Source of the DNA: Diplonema japonicum
Lineage: Eukaryota > Protista > Euglenozoa: Diplonemea
NCBI GenBank assembly: GCA_964019335.1
Contig: OZ025661.1
Coordinates: 124,001 to 188,000 of the forward strand
DNA length: 64,000 nt
Reading direction: 5' to 3'
Part shown: piece by piece, positions 1 through 12,362 of the stretch
How the letters are laid out: every line of letters starts with the position of its first letter
How positions within the stretch are numbered: position 1 is the first letter of the stretch
Notes under the pieces: generated by a model
Database searches by the model: none
What the model was told of the DNA's origin: nothing
Seen by the model: the letters and a program-made list of their open reading frames with translations, nothing else
Position numbers and translations under genes: made by a program

Positions 1-1142
1 CCTTTAGATTGAGCTACTGGTCAGCGTGAACGGGGCGAGCTTTGTTCTTTTTGAAGGAGATTTGTTTTTTTTTCTGCTAACTGTTTCTCATTGCAAAAAC
101 CTTAAGTGGGTACTCCCTCATCTGATCATCCTCCAGGTAAAGCACACTCGCCCCCCCAAGCCGGTTTTTTTTTTTTTCGCTCCCGCTATTTCTTTTTTGG
201 ACCACAGTTTCGGTTGCATCATCCTCTTCTCAGGGGGGGGGGGGGGGGGGGGGGTCTCTGCCCAAACGGGAAGGAGGACAACTTTAGAATCCACTTTTTT
301 TTTTCTTTTTGGAAAACTTATGGGGAAAAAGGTCACCTGCCATTCAAGGTGTCAGGGGCTCCCCAGAAGGGGTAAAGGTGTACACAAGGGCCTGTAACTG
401 TACACAAACCATTGGTGCTGGAAACAGTTGGAAAATCGTTTTTCTTTTTTTTAAAATTCTTTTTCCATTCGCTCTTTTCCGTTGTTCATTTTTTTTTTTT
501 TTTTTTTGTTCTTTACTTTTAATAATAATTTAAAGAACACCTTGCAGCCTTGGGGGGGAAGAAAAATTCATTTCCTTCTTTCTTTTTTTTCTTCTTCAAG
601 ATTTATTTTATACTTTTTGAAAAATGAAGTTTTTTGTCAAAATGGAAATTGTAAACAAAATCTAGTACGTCTCGTCATTGAGCTCTACAATACAAAATCT
701 TAAAGGAAACCCTAAATATCTTTAGGCTGCAAGGTATGACTTAAAAAAAAAAAAAAAAAAAGAAGAAGAAAAACTAATACTGCAAAAACGATATTTTCTT
801 ATTGCAGTATATTTGTTTTTTCTCCCCCCTCCTTTTTTTTCCTCTTTTTTTTTTCTTCTTTGGCATTTCTTTTCTTAAAAGAAAGAAATAAAAAAAAAAT
901 AAGAAGGCAAAATAAAAACCCAGGCATCAGTTAGCATAGCCTTCAACGGAGGGTCCTTTTGCAGAAACTACACAGGCTCCTCCCCTACTCACCAGGTAGA
1001 GGAGGTACCAAAAGCTGACAGAAGGCACAAACCGTTTTTAACGACCCCAAATCCGGTTTTTGAAGAAAGAATATAAAAAAAGAATCTCTTTTCTTAAAAG
1101 AAAGAGGGTTTCTTTTTTTTTTTTTTTTTTTTTCTTTTTTAA

Positions 1143-2920
1143 CCATCTACCAACGGACCATTTTTGCCCACCAGGGGGTAAATTTTCAAAACTTCAAAAA
1201 AAGCTATTCCAGCGCAACGCCGGGGCTATATGCCCCCGGAAATGCCTCCAGATGTCCCAATTCTAGAGAGAGGGTGCCCACAGCAGGGTCCACCCCCACA
1301 ACATTGTCAAAAATATCGTTCCTGAAGTGCCCGAGAGGGGGTACAAAAACAAGTCAAAAAAAATCGACTGTAAAATTCTATAAAAAGCTATTTAAGGCCT
1401 TCTTGACGCGGTTCGTACGTGCCCCAGGGCTGGGGGACTTCTTTTTTGACCCCGGGAGGGGTTTCTGGGGGGTATCCCCGGCAAGGTGGTAGTCTTTGAA
1501 GCACGGAGTCACGCAAAGTTGTACCAAGCAGGCTGAACACTGAAATAGGGGTCTTTTCGACTTGCAATGCTTGCACCGCACGTTGCACTACTTTTTCGGG
1601 GAAATGGTCCCAGAAGGTACTGTCACGGCGCATTGGGGCATGGTATTGGGGCGGCCTGCTCTGTAGTTGACTTTATCTGTTGTTTAGACTGCCTCCCTAG
1701 TAGCCCTTCGATGACTGCCTCTTTGAAAGGCGTGAATCCACTGTCGTTCGTACTCAGGGTGTTGGGGGGCAAGGCTTCTTTCCAAACAAGCCAAGCATTC
1801 GCCAGAGATTTACCTAACAAGTACGAAAATACTTTCAGGGGCCACTTTTAAGTCATAAGGGTGCGTTTATGGCGTTTTGTCACAGCATCACCCAGCGTCG
1901 GTTTCGCCCATTGCGGTGTTGTAAATATGCACTTGGTAGGGAGCGGGATGTCCTTTCCGGCTTTCATTCTCTTTTGGCCGACACGTCAAATTCGACTTCA
2001 CCGGAACATCCAACGTCGATAGAAAGCACGCTGGCATGATGTCATGCCACGTTGTGGTGCAAAGGATGCTCGCGTGCTGGTGGAACTGGGTGTCCCCACG
2101 GGATGCGCGTCCTGGGCATGCGGCCTCGATTCTTTGGGGCATCCATGATCTCCGGGAGGCCTTCGCGATAGGTAGAAGTCAGCACGCTTGTTTGTTTCGC
2201 TGTGGAAACACAGATTTCCCAGAATAGTCAAAAAGCGGTCTCTTGACATGACGGTGGCGTACCCAGGGGTGTAGTTGAGAGACGTGGAGCCAGTGTGCCA
2301 GTAATCAGAATAATCTGGCTTGATATCCAAGTCCATCGACAAAAGGGCACCTAGGAAGGTATGCAGAGAAGCAGCATCGAGATCCAGGGAGACACCTTTT
2401 TTAGCCGCATTTGCCACATTGTTCGAAGTTATGACCCGAATAACGTTTGGGACGAGCATTTGGAGAATATATGGTATGGCGTTGAGCCTTTGATGTCAAA
2501 ACAGGGTCCACAAGGATTCCGATCTTCACGAAACCGGATGCCTTCCAACTGCTCCGGCTTTGCCGTCCAATCACCCTGCTGTGACTCGGAATCGGTCGAA
2601 TTAGTATCAGAATCACTGTTTGTATCAAAATTGCATAATAGGGATGAGCCATCAGTGCTGCCATCACTCATAACGTCCTCTTCCGGCCTCTTTCCGGGCG
2701 CCTTTTTTTGAAGTGATTTTTAAGGGTAAATTTGGGCTGGCGTTTTTTTTTCATTTTTTCATTTTCTTGTTAAGTTAGGGCAGCATTTAGTTTATTTTTT
2801 TCATATTTTCCGCGCAGGACCCCGCCGGCAAGAAAGGGCCGGGCTGTATTGCATTGAAAGCCCTTTGCGTAAAAGATTTTTTTTCAAATCGTCTATATAT
2901 AGACGCTCGTTGGTAGATGG
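1143..2920 (-). mobile_element. piggyBac-family DNA transposon, internally deleted non-autonomous copy 1
   Basis: 13-bp TIRs CCATCTACCAACG (1143-1155; reverse complement at 2908-2920) with TTAA on both sides (1139-1142, 2921-2924). Minus-strand fragments match piggyBac transposase motifs: MSRDRFLTILGNLCF, TWHD..P..FLST, YNTAMGETD and the C-terminal Cys-rich RCKHCK..FQCSACLVQLCVTPCFKDYH. Frameshifted. Confidence 0.92.
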
Positions 2921-3472
2921 TTAAATTATTGAATGGGGCTGCGTGTTTGCTTTAATTTACAACCCCTACTTTTTTTTCACCAGATGTTGGAAAGATTCTG
3001 GTTTCAAAGTTGTGTGTGCCACAAGACGGCATGTGGAGAAGGCGATTCTTTTATTCACACAACACATGGTATTCTTTAATTACCAAGAACCAACCCAATA
3101 AAAAAAAAAATATTTGTGTAAGAATGTAAAAGAATAAAGAAAAACTAAAGTGTGCGGGAAGAAAAAAAAAAAGAGAAAAAAAAAAAATATGTTCGCGGGT
3201 GTTCGTTCTTTTTCTTTTTTTCCTTCCATCTTTTTAAAGAGAGAAAAAAGACCTTTGGCTGATCAAATAAAAAAAAAAAATAATAATGAAATCTCGCTTC
3301 ATCAACAGGGATGAACCGAGGGCATAGGTGGAGAGAAAAGAGGAGAAAAAAAAAAAAATCAATGTGAGTGAAACTATCGCTGAAGGTTACGAAGGGTTAA
3401 CTAAAACCTGAAACAAGGAGCGCTTTTATGTGAAAAAAGCTTTTGTACGGCAGTGACAAATAAACTTTGATA

Positions 3473-3525
3473 AATTTCGGTGTGCGGGTGCTCACCATTC
3501 AGGGAGAAATTCACACTAATCGATC
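3473..3525. repeat. Dispersed ~53-bp repeat, copy 1 (copy 2 at 41379-41431)
   Basis: Shares AATTTCRGTGTGC, GGTGCTCAC and an exact 18-mer AGAAATTCACACTAATCG with 41379-41431. Confidence 0.7.
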
Positions 3526-3576
3526 TTGGTCGCGCAAGGTAGGGGGCGGTTTGGCTCGAGGAGAAGAGTGGTCCCC

Positions 3577-3625
<49 letters not shown>

Positions 3626-3634
3626 AGAGACATT

Positions 3635-4020
3635 TAAGGGTACCTGCGGTATGTGGCAGGACGCCTGAAGAGTCTCAATCTATCTCTTGATCGAACCTTT
3701 CTGCTGTGGTGTGGCCTTCGGCCCCTCGTTCACCCTCCTCGGTACCTTAGGTATAAAACCCTCAACCGAGTTGGTAAGGACACAATAGTTGTACAGTTGT
3801 TTCTCAAGGATGTGGCGGGTCACCGGGAGGCGAATACCGGTCTAGAGGAGTAGCCCCTTACGGAGCTGTTGTAGTAACCCAACGTGCGTAGGGAGTGGAC
3901 AGAAACTACTGACGCAGCTGGGATGAGGGGCGCTATGCCCTTACTGTGTGGATGCGTTCTAGTGCCGTTATCACCCGGCCTATTACACGCGCGCTCACTT
4001 GGATGTCCTCACCCTCTTCA
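3635..4020 (-). mobile_element. 5'-truncated 3' end of a probable non-LTR retrotransposon (pseudogenised ORF end + 3' stem-loop)
   Basis: Frameshifted translation GEDIQVSARVIGRVITALERIH / VHSLRTLG..GYSSRPVFAS / ILEKQL..GPKATPQQKGSIKR* aligns with the element at 46689-47392. Both carry the same 3' hairpin. No RT motif is visible, so the class is inferred from architecture. Confidence 0.6.
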
Positions 4021-5353
4021 CAGTACAGAAAATAAAATAAAGTATGTACGAATAATTTTAAGGCGGGTCTTTCTTTCGTTTAAGTAAAAAAAAAAAAAAA
4101 AAAGTTGAACATGAGCAGACGAAAAAAACTGGGGGAAGAAGAAAAAAAAAAAGTCTCATTTCAAAGACTGTTTCCCACTCCCTCCCCCCTCCTCTTCTTT
4201 CCAGTCTTTTGTCTCATGTTTCTTTTTTTTTAAAAACTTCCAATTTCTCCAAAAAAAGGGGGGGGGGGGGAGAGTTGAGAAATACGGAAAAGGGAGAAAT
4301 AGTGAACGGGGAGACCCCCTTCCCATTTTTCTTTTTTTTTTTTTTTTTAAAAACTTTCTCGCGCGGTGGTGAACAGTGAGCCGAGCGGAGTAAGCCAAGG
4401 CTTTTCAAAATACAAAGAAAAAAAAAAAAAAGAAAAAAACTATGTTGTTCTCAGTCACCAGTTTACACAAAAAAAAGTGCTTTTTTTTTTTTTTTTTTTT
4501 TCCATTTTCTTTTTCTTCTTTTTTTTTCCCCGCCCATAAGACTTGCATACAAAAAAAAAAGTAGTTGGACTAAAAACTAAAAAAAGGGGAAAGAAAATAG
4601 GCATAGGAGCATTTCTTTTTTTATTTTTTTTTATTTTTTCCCACCTCCCCCTTCTGTTAAACGGGTGTTAGTCAATGGACTCATTTCTTCTGGGGTAAAA
4701 GCTTAACACTTGCCCGACCATGAAACCGGACCCCCCCTCAAGCCAGAATTATTGTTTTATGAGTGAAGAGTACTACATGCAGGGGAGAGCGAAAAAGAAG
4801 GAGAAAAAAAAAAGGTGAAGTTTAAGGGCAAATCCTGCTCGAGGACCACCCTTAGAAAAAAGAAGAAGAAGAAAAGAAAACCACTGAAAAGATGTTGCTT
4901 ACAGCCACAATGATAATTGCATTGCTGTAAGAGTCATTATTTCACACACCCCCTCCCTATTTTAGAGCCACGTGAAAGTGTCACATGCGCAAAGAACCCC
5001 TTTTTTTCTTTTTTTTAAATTTATTTTATTTATTGTTTTTTTTTTTTTTTGGCTGGTGGGTCATTTGTTTCGTTTTTTAGACAAAAAAAAACGCGAGTTT
5101 TTGTATTTCTTTTTTTTAAATAAAAACCTTTCCTATTGTGGGATACATTGTGTCTTTAAAAGCTTAAATTATAAGGAGAGAGAAAAAAGAAAAAAGAAAA
5201 AAGAAAAAAGAAAAAAGAAAAAAGAAAAAAGAAAAACCATTCCAACCTTTGTTTGTTGGTGGTAGGCATGACATGCGGGTTTTGTGAAGGAGCAAAAAAA
5301 AAAAAAAAAAAAAAAAAGACAAAAACCCCCTGTGTGGCGAAAAAAAAAAAAAA

Positions 5354-5397
5354 TATATGAGTTAAAGGAAGTCTTTGTGAGACGCCCCCTTGTTCTC
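5354..5397. repeat. Dispersed 44-bp repeat, copy 1 (also 6721-6763 and 59393-59436)
   Basis: TATATGAGTTAAAGGAAGTCTTTGTGAGACGCCCCCTTGTTCTC, nearly identical in three places, each after an A-run. Confidence 0.9.
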
Positions 5398-5452
5398 AGG
5401 CTCTACCTGCACCTATCCCCCTTCAGCAGCGGTTTCTCCTTCTTCTTAAAAA

Positions 5453-6232
5453 AATAACTATTTATTTAGTGAAAATAAGATCGAATCAGATCGTATGATT
5501 TTCACGCGTGGTCGCAGTGGTTTAACGAGTGGGTATATGACTTCACGAGCGAAGCGAGTGCAGTCATGAATGTCTACTTCACGAGCGAAGCGAGTGAAGT
5601 AACATCAACGAGTTAAACATGCCATCACAAGTGAAAATCGGATCTATTTTCACTAAATCCGTTGTTTTATTAACGTCAGTCAGATTTGAAAGGGTGGGGC
5701 ATTACAGGTTACAAGTTACAAGTTACAAATTTTATTGGGGGTGCTTATGGTTGATATTGATTGTCAAGGCATATCCTGTGTGGTGCGGGCTGTGCGTCCA
5801 TGGGCGCTGACAGGACCTCGGTCTGGACCTGTGGGGCTGCTGCCTGGGTTGCTGAGGTTGCCCCACTAGCAGCTGTCACCGCTGCTGGCTTGCCAAGCCC
5901 ACCTCTCTCCCCTTCTATTGAGAGAGGCGACCAGATCCTTGAGTGACGTAAAAAGTGAGATTCCAGATTCGAACCGGGGTTTCCAAAACAAGAGGTAACC
6001 ACTTAGGTTCCTTTTCCGTGTTTGCGCCCCCGACCCCTTGCTGTGCGGTGAATATGGCAAGCGTGAATATAAAGTACTTTATATTCACTCATAAAGTAAT
6101 TTTCATTTCTGCCCCTGTTTTCTTCCTAAAACAAGCCTGAAATCTGCAATGAAAATAAAGTGAAAAAAAGCGTGAAATAATGTGAAATATTATATTCACT
6201 CCCACCCTTGAAAATCTGAGTTATATAAAGAA
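5453..6232. mobile_element. Non-autonomous hairpin/asymmetric-IR element A (Crypton-like, tentative)
   Basis: Long imperfect hairpin 5464-5658 containing two CACGAGCGAAGCGAGTG mini-hairpins. Internal IR ~5665-5698 pairs with 6201-6229. Termini AATAACTATTTATT and ATAAAGAA are shared with 48178-48754. Confidence 0.65.
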
Positions 6233-6720
6233 GAAAAAAACAGCTAACTGCGCTGTCACGAATAGCGTAAACTTTATAAACAAAGATAGCGAAACAAACT
6301 CAAAAATCGAAGAAGAAGAAAAAAACAAGAAGAATGACACCCCCCCCCCCCCCAGCTTTAACATGAAGGAGCAGTAAACGGGACAGCAGCCGGCCAATTG
6401 CTATCAGTTAAACAAATGAAGCTGCGCTTGCAAGAATAATAATAAAAAAAAACATCTGAATAGTGGAGGTTCACAGTACCTCTCTTTTTTTTTGACTCGC
6501 TCGCTTTATGCCCCTCAAGAAAAAAAAGGAAAAAAGGTTTTAAATTTGATATAAATATCGGTCACCGTTTAAAAAAAAGCTGTGAACGTTTTTTTTTTTT
6601 TTTTTCTTTTTTTTTTTGCTCAGCACATTTAGTTAAAATCACTTTTTGAAAAGATAAAATATTTTTTTTGTAAAATAAAAAAAAAAAAAGACAAAAACGA
6701 AACATAAATAAAAAAAAAAA

Positions 6721-6763
6721 TATATGAGTTAAAGGAAGTCTTTGTGAGACGCCCCTTGTTCTC
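6721..6763. repeat. Dispersed 44-bp repeat, copy 2
   Basis: Matches 5354-5397 except for one fewer C. Confidence 0.9.
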
Positions 6764-8084
6764 TTCTTCTATGAAAAAAAAAATAAAAATAATAAAAAAA
6801 AAATTTCAAAACACCCCAACGGTAAACTTAGTCTTCTGCTGCACACAATTGAATAGAAAATAAAAGCAGAATTCTTGGGGGCGGGGAGGGGGGGGGGACA
6901 GGGACGGAAGAAGGCACACAGTAAACTATTTTTCTTTTCTTTTTTTGCATGACTTTCTTTTTTTTTTTTTTCTGCTTACGTGCTTTCTCTCAAATTATAA
7001 TATACCAACCGGTTGCCGCATTTTGATCAAAGAGAAGTCCGGTATCAGGTAGGTGCGCATTGAGAAAGCATGTAATAAAACCACAAAAGAAATCTGTTAA
7101 GAAACAGCAGTACGCCACCACCTTTCTTTTCTTTTTTATTTCTTTTTCTTTTTGCCAAAAAAAAAAAATAGCCGTTTTTTTTTTCACCCGAGCGGGATGC
7201 ATACTACGTTTTGAACAGAGCGGTTCTTTCTTTCTTTTTTTTTTTTTTTTCTTTTTCCCCTCATAAATCACCTTCCGGAAACTGTAGTTATATTACATGT
7301 AAGAAAGAAAGAGAATATAAATATATAAAAAAAAAAAAGAATAGAAGAACACTTCCCTTTTCTTTTCTTTTTTATTTTTTTATTTTCCATTCTTTTTTTT
7401 CTTTTTCCTTTTCTTTTTCGTTCGAACTGGACTTTTTTTTTGTGTGGAACTTTTTTTTTTTTTTTTATCATAGATAAAACACTATTTGTAGTTGCAATAA
7501 TTTATTATTAAAAAAAAAAAAAAAAACTTTTTTTTTTTCGTTCAGCTGTGGGTTGGAGAATGAAGGACTATTAGCTCCGGACAGCTGGCATGGATATAAA
7601 AAAAAGCAAAAATAAAATAATAAAAAAAATACTCTTTTTAAAATAGGATAGAAAAACTCAGGACTTCGCTCTCACCTAACTTTTTGAAATACTAATTTAT
7701 AATCACTTTATTTTCTTATTTCTCTTCCCTTTTTTTCTTCTTCTTCTTCTTTCTAACTTGTGTATTGACCCCCAAGTGCGCCCAGGAGGCACAAGAGGAG
7801 GTTACTTATGGACGTGAAAGTGGTAGGGGGGGGGGGGGGGGGGAGGGAAGGGCTGAAAAAAAAAAAACAATAGAATAGAAAATAAAAAATAAAAGCAATA
7901 AAAACTGGATGAATAGATAGAGGAAAATGAAAAAGAAGAAAGAAAGAAAAAAAAAAAAAGTGTGGGTGAAAAGGAGAGAAAATACTACAAAAGTGGATAA
8001 GAAAAAAAAAAAAAAAAAAAAAAGAGAGACATTTAAGAAATTAACCTATGAAAGACCGGAACTGAATAGAGATCAGTCAATGGG

Positions 8085-8127
<43 letters not shown>

Positions 8128-8879
8128 CCACCCTGCATGCTGAATTACGGGCAATTGTTTTCACCTTTTAGGTTTGCAAGCTATTAGGTTTGTAAGCAGC
8201 CCAAGAAGTTATATGTTCAGATGCAGCAGCCCTTCATGGGTTAGAAGAAATAAAATAAATATAAAAATAACAAAAAGAAGAAAACCACGACAAAAGAACA
8301 ATGTTTTTTATTTTCTTTTCTTCTTCTCTCCATTTTTTTTTCTTCCTGCGTCCAGTACAGTTTTACGAGTTTTACAAGAATAAGTAAATCTTTCTTTTTT
8401 TTCTTTCGAAAAAAAAAAACTGTAAAAAAAAAAAAAATGTCCAAAGAGATAAAAGTGGATTACCTTATGGAGTTCTGTGTTCTTATTTCCCTCCCTCCCT
8501 TACCTTCTTTTTCTTTTTGTATTTTATTTTTATTTTTTTCCCCCTACTTTTTATTCGGGGGTGTTCTTTTTTTATTTTTATTTTATTTTATTTTATTTCT
8601 TCTTTTAAATTTCATTGCATACTGTTGAAGGAGAGAGGATGGTAGTAAAAAAAAAAAATAATAATGAGGGGGAGGGAAAAGGAGGGGGGAAAAAAAATAA
8701 CTTTTTTCACAAAACAAAAAATTAGGAGGTGGGAGGGGGAAGGAAAAGATCAAGCAGTATAAAAAAAAAAAAAAAAAAAATCTATGAGGAAAAAAAAAAA
8801 AAAAAAAAATCGCAAAAAATCTATGAGGAAAAAAAAAAAAAAAACTGTTTTGTCGCACTCCCCACCCCCCCTTTTTTTT

Positions 8880-9686
8880 TCAACATTGCCCAAGCATTTT
8901 TTTACATTTCAGAATTTCCCTGTAGATCTCTACCAAGTACTCGTTTCCTTGCAATTCGCGCTCCTCAACCTGAGGTTCGCACTGGTCAGTGTTGGGTTCT
9001 GAAAACGCAAGCGAAGTAAGAAAATCATTAAGAGCCTTGAAGTCACCGGAACCAGATCCTTCCAAAGGTGTGATGTCTTGAATGTTCGTGATTCTGTACC
9101 CAGTCTGGATGGACCCGACTACACTGTCTGGAGAAAATGAGGAAAGCGAGGCTCCAACATCGTGAAGTGAGCTCAGAAGGTCAGTTAGGTTTCTCCTCAT
9201 ACATGTGACTTGCTGTGGTGTCACACCCCGAGAGAGCATTCCTACAGTTTGCCCAGGAACAGGTAGTGTTTGCACAACGTAACCAGCACTGTCCGCCCAA
9301 CAGGCCTTGTAGTCTGGAAGAGCCGGGCTTTCCACAAATGCAAGTGTTTTTGCGAGAAACAAAGTGTCAACATGAGTTACCGAGTACTTAACACCGTCGA
9401 GCGAGCCAACAACAAGGTCCTCCTCTTCTTCTATCATAGTGGCCATTCTCTTTTTTGGTGTCACCAAGCACCTTTCGTGCCAAGCCTCGTATTCGTTCCA
9501 GGAGCCGTTTCTGATAGTTTCCCTTTCCTTCTCCTTGTAGCTTCCATAGTGTTTCTTCGGTGTCACTAGCCCTGCGCACCACCTGACTGAGGAACACGGG
9601 GTTGTCGTGTACCCCACACTTCCCGTCGGTGTGCTCCCAATAGGCGTGCGCGGGGTCCCAGGGGGCGTTTCGAACAGAGCCGTCAT
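8880..9686 (-). CDS. Hypothetical protein with a degenerate kinase-like C-lobe (268 aa)
   Basis: Complex ORF after an A-rich leader. LLSSLHDVGASLSSFSPDSV resembles the alphaE/catalytic-loop region of kinases but lacks the HxD-xK-xxN residues. Confidence 0.65.
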   Translation of the reverse strand: MTALFETPPGTPRTPIGSTPTGSVGYTTTPCSSVRWCAGLVTPKKHYGSYKEKERETIRNGSWNEYEAWHERCLVTPKKRMATMIEEEEDLVVGSLDGVKYSVTHVDTLFLAKTLAFVESPALPDYKACWADSAGYVVQTLPVPGQTVGMLSRGVTPQQVTCMRRNLTDLLSSLHDVGASLSSFSPDSVVGSIQTGYRITNIQDITPLEGSGSGDFKALNDFLTSLAFSEPNTDQCEPQVEERELQGNEYLVEIYREILKCKKMLGQC

Positions 9687-9960
9687 TATTTTGCAAATAT
9701 ATATACGTAACGTGGGAGGGGGAAAAAGGGGGTTTTCCTTTTTTTTTTTTTTCTTTTTTCTTTTTTTCCTCCTTATTCCTCTTTGTGTAAGTGCTTTTTT
9801 TTTTTTTTTTTTTTTCCTCTTCTTTTTTTTTTTTTAAAAAATGTAAATGGAGGAGAGAAAAGAAGGAGGAAAAAAAAAAGAAAAAAAGGGGGGGGGGAAA
9901 AGGAGAGGAAGAAAGTGTGTTGTGTGTGTTGGGAGGGCCCTGTAATGATATTTATTTCAC

Positions 9961-10001
<41 letters not shown>

Positions 10002-10070
10002 ACACAACCTGGACGTGTAGAAAGAACTAAACTGAATCAATAAACGTGTAAGAAAAAAAAAACCCCCCCA

Positions 10071-10658
10071 CTATAATGGCTTAATCTTATGAGTATGCTT
10101 CATGAGCCGAGGGGACGCCGCTGCTGTTCGCGAGTCCATAACACTCTTGGGTAAATCAATCGCTCCCTGCGCAAACTTATACGCCCCTATGTGGACATGA
10201 GACGGGACCCGCACATCAGTAGTCGAGGAATCGCCTCCTGCCTTTCCAAGGAATGAAGGGATAACGGAGAACGTGGACTTTGGGAGGGACTTTCTAGTAC
10301 AAGAAGGACCTACAGGACAAGCAGGCCAGGCAATGTTAATCGGCTTAGCAGGCACAAGAAGAGATGGTTTTGGCGTTAAAGGTACGCTGATGGGCCCTAT
10401 TTGTTGGTGAACTGGGGTGCTTGGTCGTACTGTTCCGATAGGTGTTATATAGGGTGTCAGAATGTTAAGGTTCCCAGGGCCCTTTGCCATGCTTGGCGCG
10501 GTGATCTGTGGAGTTTCTCCAGGGTTCACTGGCCTCCTTGGAGGCAACGATCCCAGGCTCCCCAAACCTGCCATTTTTATCAGTCCTTCTTCAGCCATCA
10601 ACCCCCTCGCGGGAGGCCCCTTGGCCTCGGGAGGGCGGGGGGCGGCGTATTCAACCAT
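10071..10658 (-). CDS. Proline-rich hypothetical protein (195 aa)
   Basis: Start moved to MVEYAAP, the ATG after an A-run. The upstream poly-F/K extension is homopolymer sequence. Confidence 0.7.
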   Translation of the reverse strand: MVEYAAPRPPEAKGPPARGLMAEEGLIKMAGLGSLGSLPPRRPVNPGETPQITAPSMAKGPGNLNILTPYITPIGTVRPSTPVHQQIGPISVPLTPKPSLLVPAKPINIAWPACPVGPSCTRKSLPKSTFSVIPSFLGKAGGDSSTTDVRVPSHVHIGAYKFAQGAIDLPKSVMDSRTAAASPRLMKHTHKIKPL

Positions 10659-10748
10659 TTTTTTGTTTTTCTTTTTGTTTGTACGCCCCCTCCTCCTAGG
10701 AGACAAAATTCTAATTTCCGAAAAAATATTAAAAAAAAAAAGAGGAAC

Positions 10749-10789
<41 letters not shown>

Positions 10790-11292
10790 GCGGATGCAAA
10801 GCGTGCTAAACGATGCTTTGTGTCGCGGTAATTCGAATCTAAAAAAAAGAGAGAAGAATAAAATAAAAAAAACAAAATAAATGATTCAGCCAAAGACTAC
10901 TACTCGTTTGAAGGTCGGCGTGCCTACCCAAATGATGCTCCCCTTGCTGGAGAACGTTCCGAGCACTCCCGTTGTGGGGTCACTAGGGACTGCCTTGGGC
11001 TAGCATTCAAATATAAAAATAAAAAAAAGTGAAATAAAAAAAAAAAGAAAACAGACTGAATCAAGTCTTCTCGCTTCAGTAAAGACTCAGAATCCGATAA
11101 AACGCCCCTCCCTCCCCTCCTCCTCCCCTTCTTTTTTTTTTTTTTCCCCCCTCTCTTTGCGTTACAACAAAGGGGGGGGGGAAAAATTAGACACAACGGT
11201 AACTTTCACTTTGCGTTCAAGTACCAGACAGCTCCTTGAGGAAGCTTTATATCGAAAAATTTTTTTTTCATTCAAACGGTGTCCGCTTGTGA

Positions 11293-11766
11293 TCAAGGGA
11301 CAGGAGGAGGAGAGTCTAAAGGAGGAGGAGGTGCATGGGGGTGTGTATGCCTAGCATGGTAAGGGTGAAGAATTCTGTGAGCAGACAGCGAGAGAGTCTG
11401 CTTGGAGTGGGACACCCATCGGAAGCGCGCTCGTATCTCACCTCGTGCCCACTTGTTGGAGAGCTGCAGCCAGCTGTCGTAGAGCACAGAGCTGAGCAGC
11501 GTGTCTGACGAGATGGCATAGGTACCCAAGCAGCTGTCCTCAACAACACTCCTGGAGTTTTTAACTATAAGTTTGACGCCTCCGCGCTCTTGTACCTCTA
11601 CAGTGAACTTTTCTCCCCACTTGCTGTTCACCCCCTTGCCCTTTCTCGTGGTCTCGATGGCCTTCCCTGCTTGTTCGATCACGACGTAGGGCTGTATACT
11701 CCCCAGCAGCTGGTCATTGTAAAGGTGTCGCGATTCGCATATGCGAATTTCTAAAGTGCCGTGCAT
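11293..11766 (-). CDS. C2-domain protein
   Basis: GTLEIRICESRHL...QPYVVI...NSKWGEKFT...DSCLG fits the C2 pattern. Confidence 0.8.
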   Translation of the reverse strand: MHGTLEIRICESRHLYNDQLLGSIQPYVVIEQAGKAIETTRKGKGVNSKWGEKFTVEVQERGGVKLIVKNSRSVVEDSCLGTYAISSDTLLSSVLYDSWLQLSNKWARGEIRARFRWVSHSKQTLSLSAHRILHPYHARHTHPHAPPPPLDSPPPVP

Positions 11767-12362
11767 CTACCTATCGTTGCTGGTGGTTAGGGGAATGAAC
11801 AAAAAAAAAAGAGAACAAAAAAAAAGAAAACGTTCGGTTAAATTTAAGGAGAAAAAAAAAAGGAATAAACCCTTTTGGTATGCCCCCCCCCCCCCTGTCT
11901 CACTTTTACTTTTTCTACTCAAAAAAGAAAAGAAAAGGGGGGGGGGGGGGGGCACGGGAGTACTAAGGGGGGGAAAAAAAAGGAACAAGAAGGAACAAGA
12001 AAGAAGAAGAAGGGGAAAACCATGATATGGTTTTCTTCCCCCCGGTATTTTTTTTTTTTTTTTTTGAAGAAACGAAGAACACACAGTCGTGACCGTGTTT
12101 CGCGGGGTAGCTGAAGGGGGATATGTCGATGTCTCAACGTCCGCCCACCAACTCTTGACATTTTCTTTCTTATTGTGCGAACGAGCGGGGATTTTACCTA
12201 ATTACCTCATTACGCTGCCATCAACTAGTTCTTTTTTTAGTCTCGACAAATAATATTGATCAAAACAAAACAAAAAAAGAAGAAGAAGGTAATACCAAGA
12301 AACTCGAATCCCTCCCTCAAAAAGATTTCCAGGAGGGGAAAGAGATGAGATTAAAACATCTT

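Noticed and set aside
1-1060. Possible exons (GTGAGT and GTGACC donor-like sites on the minus strand)
   Set aside because: No consistent spliced frame or recognisable protein could be built.
3636-3700. Hammerhead ribozyme-like CTGAAGA core on the plus strand
   Set aside because: GAAA is replaced by GAAC, stems I and II do not abut the core properly, and the homologous region at 46690-46760 lacks the core.
4022-4045. Spliced-leader relic (TTTCTGTACT on the minus strand)
   Set aside because: Only about 10 nt match in AT-rich sequence, which is expected by chance.
5955-6015. tRNA-like T-loop GGTTCGAATC on the minus strand
   Set aside because: No acceptor or anticodon stem, and the spacing to a possible D-loop is too short.
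4156-8858. Many poly-Lys/poly-Phe ORFs here and in other spacers
   Set aside because: Translations of A/T homopolymer runs.
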